DNA of 55,702 bases, counting the filler, from Jimgerdemannia flammicorona (Eukaryota): the NCBI GenBank assembly GCA_003990765.1. It is 2 parts of 2 records of this genome, joined end to end, with 100 filler letters (N's around TTAATTAATTAA, not from the genome) between each part and the next. Parts side by side here need not be neighbours in the genome. Positions count along the whole stretch, not along the records: positions 27,903 to 55,702 come from RBNJ01000601.1; 1 more part is not named here. The stretch is one strand, 5' to 3'. Positions 36,314 to 47,360 of this stretch are shown piece after piece. The notes beneath the pieces are model-generated. The model saw only the letters and a list, made by a program, of their open reading frames with translations, had not been told where the DNA came from and searched no databases. A program made the position numbers and the translations under genes. How positions within the stretch are numbered: the first letter of the stretch is position 1; every line of letters begins with the position of its first letter.

Positions 36314-38205
36314 ATGTACACAATCAACCCCGCAGAACAACCCATACTCACCGCGACGGCAATCGTCCTCCTCAGCTACCTCCTGATCCGCGCAACATCA
36401 AGTCGCAAGCCCAAGCTGGTCGTCCAGCCCTGGAACAACATACCCATTCTCAGCATCAAGGAAATGATTTATCCGCCCCAAGAGGATCCGTGGAAGAAGC
36501 TCGTCACCATCGCCCAGGACCCTCGAAATTACCCGCTCTGCGCCATCCCCGGCATCTTCAGCGGAGCGCCAAATCTGGTCGTCAATGATATTGACATGAT
36601 GAAGGAAGTATTTATCCAAGGACAATCCTATGGCCACGGCGAGCAAAAAATGGCGAGACCTAGAGACTTAATCACCATGAGCTATTACCTCTTTGGAGGA
36701 CGGCACATCGCCAACTCAGACGGTCACGTAAGTCATTTGGTTTCCGTTATGATTTCTGGAATTTTTAACAATGGTCCTTCATTTCACTGTCTAACAATTG
36801 ACGCTCCCCTCCACTGACTGCGCACAGGAATGGAAATGGCGTCGCCAGGCCTATTCGCCACCCTTCCAGCCGAGATTCCTCGTTCCAGCCTTGCTTCCTT
36901 ATGCCATCGAACGCGTCCAAAAACTCAACGAAGAGCTTGCCAAACTCGCAGCCACAGGAGAGGCCGCGGAGTTGGATAGCGAGATGAGCCACGTTGCGTT
37001 CGACATTATTTGCAAATATTGCTTCGGTTATGCTGATGAGGAACTCGACTTCCAAGACGTCAACGGCAGGGAAAACCTCAAGGTAGGAGAATCAACCTTC
37101 ATCTTTCGCATGCGTGACTTTTTTTTTCCTTTCAAGGGGATCCAGAACCATTCTGGCCTTTTAAAATTGGAAATGTCATGAACATATCTCGCAGAATGAA
37201 TTCGTCGCCCTCTTCGGGAGCATCGCCTCCGTCTACCCCCGCATTCCCATTATCAAGCACACTGAATGGGGTCAGCGTCACTACAAGCCCGCCCGCGAGC
37301 GCCTTGACGCCTTTATCAATCGCGCCATTAAAAAATCCCTCGCCCAGCCCGACCTCTTCCTCGACAGCAATACCGATAAACCACGTTTCCGCCCTCTAAT
37401 TCACGAGCTTGCCAAGAATACCAACTTCGAGGAGGGTACCGATCATAGCCTCGGCAGGGAGATCCTTGCCACAATCTTTGCGGGACATGACACTACCTCG
37501 CATACATCTTCGTTCGCACTCGGTGCTATCGCCCAGCATCCTGAGGTCCAGCAGCGCCTTTTTGAGGAGATCAGGGGGCAGTTGGGACCTGACCCGATCG
37601 ATGTCGCTGCTTTGACAACTGAGTCGTTAGGAAGTATGAAGTATTTGACTGCAGTCATTAAAGAGGTCATGAGGATGTATCCGACCATCAATAACTCGTA
37701 TGTCGAGGCTCTAAAGGATACCACTTTAGGCGGAATGGCCGTCCCAGCTGGTACGTTATCCTAAACTCCCTCGCTCTTGCGCGTACAATGTCGTATTGAA
37801 CGTGACCTTGCAATCGCCAATCCCTTTCCTAACCATTTGCTACCTTATCACAATTCAGGAACCATCATACTCGCCAACTTCCGCGGCGCCCAGATGAACC
37901 CCAACCTCTTCCCGAACCCCGAAAAGTTTGACCCGACCCGTTGGCTCGAACACGCCGACGCCGACATCTTCCAGGATGTCGACCACATTGCGACCAGATC
38001 CTCCAAACCTGAGCTCGTCTTCGGCCTCGGTCCGCACGCCTGCCTCGGCCGTAATCTCGCCTGGCTCGAGCTTCGCATTTTGATCGCCGCAGTCGTGAAC
38101 AAGTTCAAGCTCAAGCTCAAGGAGGGAACCGCACTCGATACCTATACGTTTTTAACCATGTTTCCCAAGGATGGTGTGTGGGTTACGTTGAAGGAACGTG
38201 TTTAA
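36314..38205 (+). CDS. Cytochrome P450 (paralog A), intact, 523 aa; exons 36314-36727, 36828-37082, 37195-37750, 37859-38205
   Basis: GT-AG introns give an open 1572-nt CDS. N-terminal hydrophobic anchor, WKWRR (C helix), AGHDTT (I helix), KEVMR (ExxR), FDPTRW (PERF-like), heme motif FGLGPHACLG. Confidence 0.95.
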
Positions 38206-38475
38206 ACTGCCGGAGTCGGAGTCTTAAATGTCCTTGATGGTTGGGGTTGGGATAGATCTAAAATTGAGCTTCGACCAAGTTATAAACATTTCCTTTTCTC
38301 TCCAAAATGATTGTGGCATGCACACAACTCTTAAATAATGATTATTTAATTCCAATAAGTAGTTTATTCCCTAACTATTAGTTCTTGAATTTTTTTTTTT
38401 GTAAATAAATCACAAATGATATGTATATGCATTTTATAAAAGCACTACTATTTAGTACTCAATTGCTCTAACTGT

Positions 38476-38953
38476 TGTGATGGTTGATCTGAATTAGTAA
38501 TATGAATTAGAGGAATAGACATTTGATTATAGTATCTAAATCTGATTCCCAAATATAGCCTTGCAAAATAGCAGTCATTTCAGTAGTGTAGAAAACTTTA
38601 ACAACTGCTAAGATTCTGCAGATGTTGAAATATTTGCAATTATTGAAATCCTAGCAGATATTAAAAGATTTGATACTTGTAAAGAGTGACTTACAGAAAA
38701 TATAGTCATAACTTAGTCACTCTATAGCTGGTAAACTTGTATAAATATTCCTAATATCTAGAGTGAATAAACCTCAGATCAAAATAGTTTAAAGTAAAGT
38801 AAAAGCAAGAGAACTAGTAAGCCTGTAGGTAGATATACTTGAAACTCATCTACTCCTATATTCTGAGAACTCTGTAGAGTTAAAGAAGATTAAGTTTTTA
38901 AGATACATATAAAATCTGATATACTTATATAGTTATATATCTAATTATGCTAA
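38476..38953 (+). repeat. 5' LTR of Gypsy family 2 element
   Basis: Starts TGTGAT. Direct repeat of 44287-44769, differing mostly by transitions. Confidence 0.88.
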
Positions 38954-40689
38954 TACTATCTGAGACTAAGTAGCTAAAGTAATCTTTATGAAAGAAATTT
39001 ACCTAGAGATAGCCATGGCTATTTGCTTATTATTAGTAGTTCTGGACCTACTATAAAAGACCACCTATACTTAGTAATACTAAATAGCCAGACACTCATA
39101 AGACTATATAATAGAAAGAGTCATAAGAGTCAGAATTAAAGCACTTAAAGTAATTAGTATAATCTCTACCACAATACTTAATTGAAATACACTACAGTCA
39201 AAAGCTATAGAACAATAAAGAAATAATGACCCTATAGAGAAACTTGTTAAGAGATTTGCTAAAATAACTACCTATCTAAGAGAATGATAAAGAAAATCAG
39301 AGGAAGAAACTATTACTTAGTTCAGAAGTTTGCTGTTATCTCAGACAAGAAGAGAGATACCTGTTATACTTATAGAGAAAAAGACCACTACTCATATAAA
39401 TATATAAGTAAGATCAAACACAGGATCTAGCTAAATAATGTTACTCAAAATAAGGAATAGGCCAACACTATCATATTTGAGAAGATTAGATAATCTGATG
39501 AAGAAGAATAAGAGGTCAATCTTATATAGACTACTAAGAAAAATATCTATAAAGAACCCTATAATTAACTACTAGAGAGATTCAAAAAGAATCTAATAGA
39601 AAAATATATAGAGACTACTATAGAAAACTAAGCTAAAGAAATAGATCAAGATATAGAGTTGAAACAGACTGTTCAAGATATTATTTGAGAAACTACTCTA
39701 GCTAGTGAGAGAGAAAAAGAGAAGAAGCTTTATAAGACTAAGATCTTTAAGTATAATATCTTCTAGGATCTCAACTAACAAAAGATCAATGCAACCTTTG
39801 GCTAGCTGGCAGAAATCTATATTTAGATAGCAAATGAGATTTGAACTTGCTGAGATAATTAAAAATTAAGACTGAAAGATAACTGAAACCAATAATATTC
39901 AAAAAGACTCTAGAGAAGAAAGTAAAGATAATTACAAGACCTCTGCCTATATAATCTGTCAGATTGAAGATAGAGTCTTTAATGCCATCATTGATACTGG
40001 AGCAAAAAAATGCCTCTTTAGCAAAAGAAATGGCAGACCACTTAGGTTAGGAGGTTGAAAAAGTAATAAAATTGGTATTTGTTATAGTAGATAGTATAAG
40101 AACTATATTTCTGAGAAAGATCTAAGATATTTCTATCAAGTTTGGAGAAATAACTATTCCAGTAGATATAATTGTGACTAATACAACCAACTATAACATT
40201 CTTATTAGCAATCAATAGCATTATAAAGCTAGAGTAATAATTGACCTAAATACCTAAAAGTTATAGATCATCTACTATAGACAGAAGCTACAAATTTTCA
40301 TTAATATTAATAAAGAAGTTCTACTCAAAATAGAGAAATAAGAAAGTAAGCAAGAAGAATCTTAGATAATATCTATTTAGAAAAAAAAAAAAAAAAAAAA
40401 AATTTTAAAAAAAATTTATTAAAAAAAAAAAAAAAAAAAAAGATTGGATAGATGAGTAAAGAAGACTGATATAAGAAGATTACTGAAAGATATATATTAC
40501 AAAGAGTCTATTCTCATAGGATCAGAATATACTATATAGAGTATATCAATAATTACTACTAGTATACTATTAGAGTCAAGAAAATCTATTATCAAAAAAG
40601 AGAAAAGACTCTCAAAGAACAAAAAAGGACAAAAAAAGAGAAGAATGATAAATTATTAATCCTTCTGATGAATAGTAATAATAAAGAAG

Positions 40690-41107
40690 AAATTAAGATC
40701 AAGATTCAGAAGATCTACTCTAATATAGTTCTAATAAAAGATATATATATATCAGAGAATATAACTAAAATATATATCACTATAGTAGAGAAAACCATAC
40801 TTGAATCTCAAACAATCACCCTACTCACAACTGGTCTGAAGATAACTATTCCAAAAAACTATATTAAACTCACAAGACAAGAAGTAATCTGATCAGGAGC
40901 AATATCACTATTGAAGGAGAAGTCATTGATTCAGATCATATTAGAGAAGTACTACTCATTAGTAGAAATCACAATTCTACAATCTCATTTCTCATCAAGA
41001 AGAACTGATTGGTGCAGATTTTGATCTTTTCAGTCTTATAGCCAAAGATTAAAAAAATTAAGAAGTTGGAGGAAACAGACAGAGAAAAGAAAGAATTTAG
41101 ATTTATA
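40690..41107 (+). pseudogene. Retrotransposon-encoded dUTPase domain, between protease and RT, hypermutated
   Basis: TTGLKITIP, TRSNL (motif II), EGEVIDSDHIRE (motif III), LVQILI (IV). LEETDREKKEFRFI reverts to RGxxGFGST (motif V) using only G>A/C>T reversions (GAA<GGA, AGA<GGA, TTT<TCT, ATA<ACA). Confidence 0.82.
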
Positions 41108-43785
41108 GAAGAGGAGTTTTTATCAGTACTAAGATTACTAAGCTAGACTACAAGAAAGAGAAAACTATGAATAAGTATAGCTATACAATTAGAAATAAAT
41201 TCTCACTCAAGAAGATACTCTATGAATTCAAGGATATTCTAGCTATGAATTTCAAGGATATTAAGAAAAAGACCTCAAACTACTACTATGATATAGATAT
41301 AGGAGATATTAAACCAATTTATCAAAAAGTAAAGTTAATTCCATTAGTCTATTGAGAATGGCTCAGAGAAGAAATCAAGTAGATAGAAGAAACTAGTATT
41401 ATCAAAGAAATCAGTAGTCCTTAGAGTTCACTAGTTATACTAGCTCCAAAGAAAGAAAGCAAACCTGGAGAATTTGTCTTAAGACTCTGTTCCGATTACA
41501 AAAAGCTCAACCTGATTACTAAGAAAGATCACTAACTACTGCTACTCATTAGTAACATTCTTATAATCCTAGGAGATAAAGTGTAGTATTATAGTATTTT
41601 AGATCTATACTTAGAATTCTACCAAATTAGCCTTACAGAAGTAGTATGTAAAAAGTCAGTCTTTATTATCTCAGATAGAATCTATGTCTACTTACAAATA
41701 TTATTCAAAATATATAATATACCAGTAAGCTTCTAGTGAATGATAAATAAAATCTTCTACTATGATATAGAAAGATAGATAATGGTTTATATAGATGATA
41801 TAATTATTTACAGTAAGACATCAGAGAAGTATCTATAATACATCCAGCAGATAATAGAGAAGCTAAGGAAGTATAGCTTATACATCAAGCCTAAGAAGTA
41901 CAAATTTGTAGAAATTGAGATTTTTTATCTTGCTCACATTATCAATTAGAATAGAATATATACAGACTCTCTCAAGATTCAAGAGTAGCAGTATATCTAA
42001 GACCCACTATCATTACAGAAGCTCAAGTCTTTGTAAGACTTATCTTATACTATTATAGATTTATTAGAGAATTTTTCAATATTGTAGACCTAATCTATAA
42101 ACTCAATAAGAAGGACATTAAGTTTCAATAGACTGGTAGATAACAGAAAGTATTCAATGAGCTCAAGATCAGACTGATCTAAGTACTAATCTACAGAAGA
42201 CCAGATTGATCTCAGAAATTTATTCTATAGATAGATGTGAGTGTATAAGAACTAGGAGTATTTCTGACCCAGTAGAAAGACAAAGTAGAGTATATCATTA
42301 TATATCTCAGCTGAGAAACCCAAGGAGCTAAAAAGAAATATAAATCATACAAGTTAGAGTGCCTTGCAGTCATCTGAGCTATAGAAGAGTTCTACTACTA
42401 TCTTATTAGAAGATACTTCACTATTCAGATAGACTATTCAGTCCTTACTTAGCTACTGACCACTAGATAATCTAAAGAAATTTATATCAGATTAATTATG
42501 AAGTTACAAGCCTATAATATAACTATTATATACTGCTTCAAAAGAATAAATGCTAATATAGAAGCTCTTTTATAAATACTTTAAAGAACTTTCAATGCAT
42601 AAACCAACTATAAATAAGAAGCTCTATTATAGAATTACCACCTATCTGAGATAGTGAAAGATGCCCCAATATCCGGAAGAATAGATATAAATGATTATTA
42701 ACAGAACATAGAAACAATTCAAGACTGATAGAGAAATATTAAAAAAAGAAAAACTACTAGTTATATCTGAACAAAAGAAGAAGCAAGTAATGAAAACAGT
42801 ATATAAACTTAACTATTTAGAAGGAAAAAATATATATAATAAAGTGAGAAGAACAATGTGATAATTAGGAATGGAGAAAGATATCAGATGATTTATCAAA
42901 ACCTATAATAAATACTAGAAATAGAAATAAGATCAATAAAATCAGATTCTGAGATCAGTATATATATATATAACTAGTACTCTTTATATATCATATAATA
43001 GATATAATTGGCTCTCTACTCTCGAATTTGACTGATAACCAATATATTATTATTATTATAGATTTTTTTTACAAAATAAATAGAAGTAGAACTTCTCAAG
43101 AAAGCTAATATATAGTCAATTACCAATTTCTTCTATAAAGAAATTATCTATCAATTTAAGACCCCAATATAAATAACTATAGATAGAGGAATAGAATTTA
43201 TAAACCAGTTCTTTAAGGTTCTCTATAAGAAGTATAATTTGAACTGGAGTCTATTACTCTCAGAGAAATGAATAAGTAGAAAGAACTAATAAGACTCTCA
43301 AGAACATTATTGCTAAGATCTATAATAACTATAAAAATTGAGATTACTAGCTGCCAATAGTATTATCTGCTCTCTAGGATATTTGATTATAAAGTACCTA
43401 TTTTATCTCTTAAGAAATACTATATAGTAAAGAAAGTCCTCAAGAAATCTTATCATCTAATGAAGATACTATATGGAAATACATAGATAAAGTAATATGA
43501 AGACTATACCAAATTAGAAAAAAGGTCAATGATTATATAACTAAGATACAGACTCTATAATAGAATAATGCAGAAAAGATTTACAAGCTCTTGAAAATTA
43601 TCAAGATAAGAGAGAAAGTTCTAGTATATTAGAATATAGTAGAAGCCTCATAGTCTCAAAAACTAGAGCTCAAGTAGAAAGAATCTTATCTTATACAAGA
43701 TATAAAAGAAACTATCTTTTGGTTTAAAAACTATTAGATACAATTATCTCTATTACTATCTACTGAAACTAGCTCATAAAGTATT

Positions 43786-44190
43786 ATGACTAACTAATAA
43801 AGAAATGCTACAGCTCTTAAGATCACCAGTACTATATAATGAGCCATAGAAAGATAATAGTGTTTCACTAAGCCACCAACTATAGAGAAATTCTTTAACA
43901 GTATTCAGAGTATATGTAGTATAGATATACTTATAATAAAATTCACATTTCAAGGCCTACTAGAACTAGACCGAGTTCTGAAATACTTCAAGTTGAGATA
44001 GCTACTAAACTTAAAGTCAGAAATGAAAAAAGAAAATTGAATTAGAGAGTATCAGCTCTCTTATATACAGATTACCATTACTAAGAGAATATATAAGTTA
44101 TTTAAAGAGAATGAGCCAGCTCTAGCTCATTTCTGAGAAGTAGCTCTAGGAGACTTTAGATATATCAAGAGACAATATTGAGATATATAA
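43786..44190 (+). pseudogene. Accessory ORF3 downstream of integrase (at least 135 codons)
   Basis: ATG overlaps the end of pol; single frame with transition-type stops. Contains ITKRIYKLFKENEPALAHF*EVALGDFR, which aligns without gaps to ORF3 of the element at 28720. Confidence 0.6.
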
Positions 44191-44286
44191 TAATATAAAT
44201 TATACAATATAAGAAGATTTAACTGATTAAAGGTTGGGAGTTTGAATAAAATATTTCAGAGATAAATTATCTATTTAAGAGATAGT

Positions 44287-44769
44287 TGTGATAATTTATC
44301 TGAATTAGTAATATAAATCAGAAGAATAGATATTTAATTGTAGTACCTAAATCTGATTTCTAAATATAGTATAGCTTTGAAAAATAGTAGTTATTTCAGT
44401 AATATAGAAAACTTTAACAACTGCTAAGATTCTACAGATGTTAAAATATTTGTAATTATCAAAATTCTAGCAGAGGTTAAAAGATTTGATACTTGTAAAG
44501 AGTGACTTATAGAAAACATAGCTACATATAACTTAGTCACTCTATAGCTAGCAAATCTATATAAATATCTTTAGTATTTAGACTGAATAAACCTCAGATC
44601 AAAATTGTTTAAAGTAAAGAGAAAGTAAGAGAACTAGTAAGCCTGTAGATAGATATACTTCAAACTTACCACTTTTATATCCTGAGGACTTTGTAAAGTC
44701 AAAGAAGATTAAGTTTTCAAGATACAAAAATCTGATATACTTATATAGTTATATATCCACTATATTATA
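44287..44769 (+). repeat. 3' LTR of Gypsy family 2 element
   Basis: TGTGAT start after a purine-rich remnant. Ends CCACTATATTATA (cf. CCACTATGTAACA at 32508). Confidence 0.88.
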
Positions 44770-45829
44770 TTATATACTTATATATATATATTAACTATAA
44801 ATAATTCTAAATATACTCTAAGATTATAGATAATAATTATTTCTTATAATATTATATCTGATATTTTAAAGATTAGAGATATTTAAATCTAAATCAGAAA
44901 ATAAATTTTATCTAATAATTATTATTATTATATTTAGATAATCTATTATAAATATACATATATATATACTATGAGTATATTCTTAGCTATATGGACTACT
45001 AATTATTTATTTGTATCAATTAAAATATATATATATATAGCTTTTTTACTATCAGAAGAGATAAGATTATAAATCTATACTTAATATCACTATAAAGATA
45101 GAGTTAAAACTACTAAGTAGAAGAACTAGTTGCAAAATAATAAAATAAAAATTATTTCTAAATTTTGTATTTTAAATATTATTCTTTATAATATAATCTA
45201 AATTTAGCTACTATCTAGAAAACTTTACTAATTAAGAGAAATCTGCTAAATCTACTATATTATGCAAAAACTATACTATTTAGAAAGTTATTAAAATTAT
45301 CTATTATATATAAAGAACTCACATACTTAAAAGTTGAAAACTACTCAATATTTTATTACTTTTTGACAAAGTAACTAAGGGCTTAAGTCAATCTACATAG
45401 TTACTCTAACTTTGTAATTTTTCTCTATTGAGCTGATATGTTATACTAGATAGATTAAGTATAGCTAATATATATTTAATTATATTTAATCAACTATATA
45501 AACTCTTTAAAAATATTTATATTTTATATAATCTTTAAACTAATAAGATTATTTTATATATTATAATATAACAAATTTATTAGTTAAATAGATATAATTT
45601 ATATCAAGTTAATATAATGATATATGTAGAGTCTATAAATGATAAGAAAGAGATACTATATATCAATACTTTATAAATTGGCAATATATATTAAAATATA
45701 TAAAAATACTATTTACTAATAATATCTGAGAAATTGACTTTATCAAAAAGGAAGCATTCTATTTTGGATTTTATATACCTAAATATGTATTGAAAAATAC
45801 AAATAAATATCGATACTTAGTATAGCTAG

Positions 45830-46290
45830 CTATATCTCTTCTAGATTATACTATATCTGGATGCTCTAAGACCCAATATCTTCTTAAAGATCATCAGCAC
45901 CTGTTCATACAGTGGTTACACCTGGCTGTGCTTGCCCTGTCATTTTTAGAAGAAAGTTGGATTATTCAGCCCCTCACAGCCAAATTGTTCAAAGATAATG
46001 TCATATATGGGTGCTCCGACCCCAACACCTTCTCTTTAATTACCAGCACCCATTTGAACAACAGTTCTGCCTTGTTGTATATACTTGCCCTGGCGGTTGT
46101 AGAACCCAGCCTGATTGTCCAGAGACGATGCCGTGTCTGGGTACTCTGATATGTAAAGTCGCTCCGCTTTGTCGTACATACCATAGCTTTTGTAGAACCG
46201 CCAAGATTTGTGCTTGGGTGTTCTGAACCTAGGACCTCCCCACGGACCCACGGATCGCCAGCGCCTGTTGGCAGAATCCGACGTACATCA
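45830..46290 (-). pseudogene. TPR-repeat (kinesin-light-chain/NLR-type) gene remnant
   Basis: Fragments QQALAIR..VLGSEHPST, EYPDTASSLDNQAGFYNRQGKY and KAELLFKWVLVIKEKVLGSEHPYMTLSLNNLA in shifting frames. Decays into AT-rich DNA on the left. Confidence 0.8.
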
Positions 46291-46462
46291 GCACCCCGTC
46301 ACGAAGTTCGAGAGAACTGCGTGGATATCGGGAGCAGAGCATCGGGAGGACAGCCAGGTTGAAGCTCGGGTTGTGCGGAGCAGGAATTTTGAGGTTGGTT
46401 GGCTGGCCGAGCCGGCGGCCACCGAAGATGTTTTTCCAGGACGATTAGTCCATCTGCCTGGC

Positions 46463-47025
46463 GTGACGAGACGGTTGGTATTTTTGACCTGTCGCCATAA
46501 TGAATTGTGGACGTTGGCATACCAATATCGAGGACTTGGACGCTGGCAATAAAGGTTTTGACGTGCCGTGCAAACATTAACCAAATGAAGAAATTCTCAG
46601 AATTTTCCTGCTCTCCCTCGATCTCGAGACCCTTGTGTTTTCTAAAGCAATCATTCCAATGAAAACCTCCTGTCCCGAAAATTGCAGAGGCATGTCCGGA
46701 GAATTACCGCATAGTCTACAACCCCTACAAGCTAATTTATTGGCTGTTATCTCGTTACCATGTTTTTTATTCATCGCGATCTCTTGCAATTATCGATTGA
46801 TGTTATGTTTGTCCGATGTACATGAAATAAAGTTCGGCAAGTGCCGTAAGCGAATCATGATTATATGAAAATGAAACAAGGCATCCGAAATAACTATAAA
46901 AAAAACCTGTTAAATGAGACAGGGGAATGTGTGTCGATCATTCTATTTTAGATGGGTGGAAAGTGTAACACGGGAAAAATAGGCGGAAGGAAATCCACGC
47001 ACTTCGGATTTCTGTCAGTGTTAGG

Positions 47026-47075
<50 letters not shown>

Positions 47076-47360
47076 AATGCGCTTGGCGAATTGTCCCTCC
47101 CTTTCGATTTTTCCGTTCGGGCGTATCAACGGGCCCACTCTTTTTCACCCAGAATCCTTTGCATACCAATGAATTGAAACAGTTTCACAAAAATTAACCC
47201 AATTGCTGTCCCATTCCTCGACATGGGAAGTTCATTCCAAAGCCACAATAGATTATTCCTCATATATACCTATATTAATACTGCTGGACCCGACGCCTTG
47301 CCAAACTTCAGAAATCATAAACGGTGAAGAGCTAGCTAGTTATACACTATCACTTGCTAC
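46463..47360 (+). repeat. Upstream region duplicated with P450 paralogs B and D (counterpart 53136-53975)
   Basis: Colinear blocks such as GTGACGAGACGGTTGGT, ATAATGAATTGTGGA, CCGTAAGCGAAT and GCTTGGCGAATTGT occur in both. Confidence 0.85.
47029..47074. repeat. (CT)23 microsatellite upstream of P450 B
   Basis: Read directly. The counterpart upstream of paralog D (about 53764-53782) is much shorter. Confidence 0.95.

Larger units (their letters stand above)
38476..44769 (+). mobile_element. Full-length but hypermutated Ty3/Gypsy element (family 2): gag-CCHC-protease-dUTPase-RT-RNase H-integrase-ORF3
   Basis: Two LTRs. Degenerate knuckle near 39360, AIIDTGA near 39990, RLCSDYKKLN, MVYIDDIIIYS; RNase H/integrase colinear with 28720-30650. 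Insertion point defined by paralogous P450 3' flanks (AACTGT|GCGC), with TSD CTGT on the left and mutated TTAT on the right. Confidence 0.92.

Noticed and set aside
40381..40440. Long A-tracts inside the Gypsy pol region as a possible frameshift signal or retro-insertion
   Set aside because: No TSD or identifiable body; homopolymer expansion or sequencing error is equally likely.
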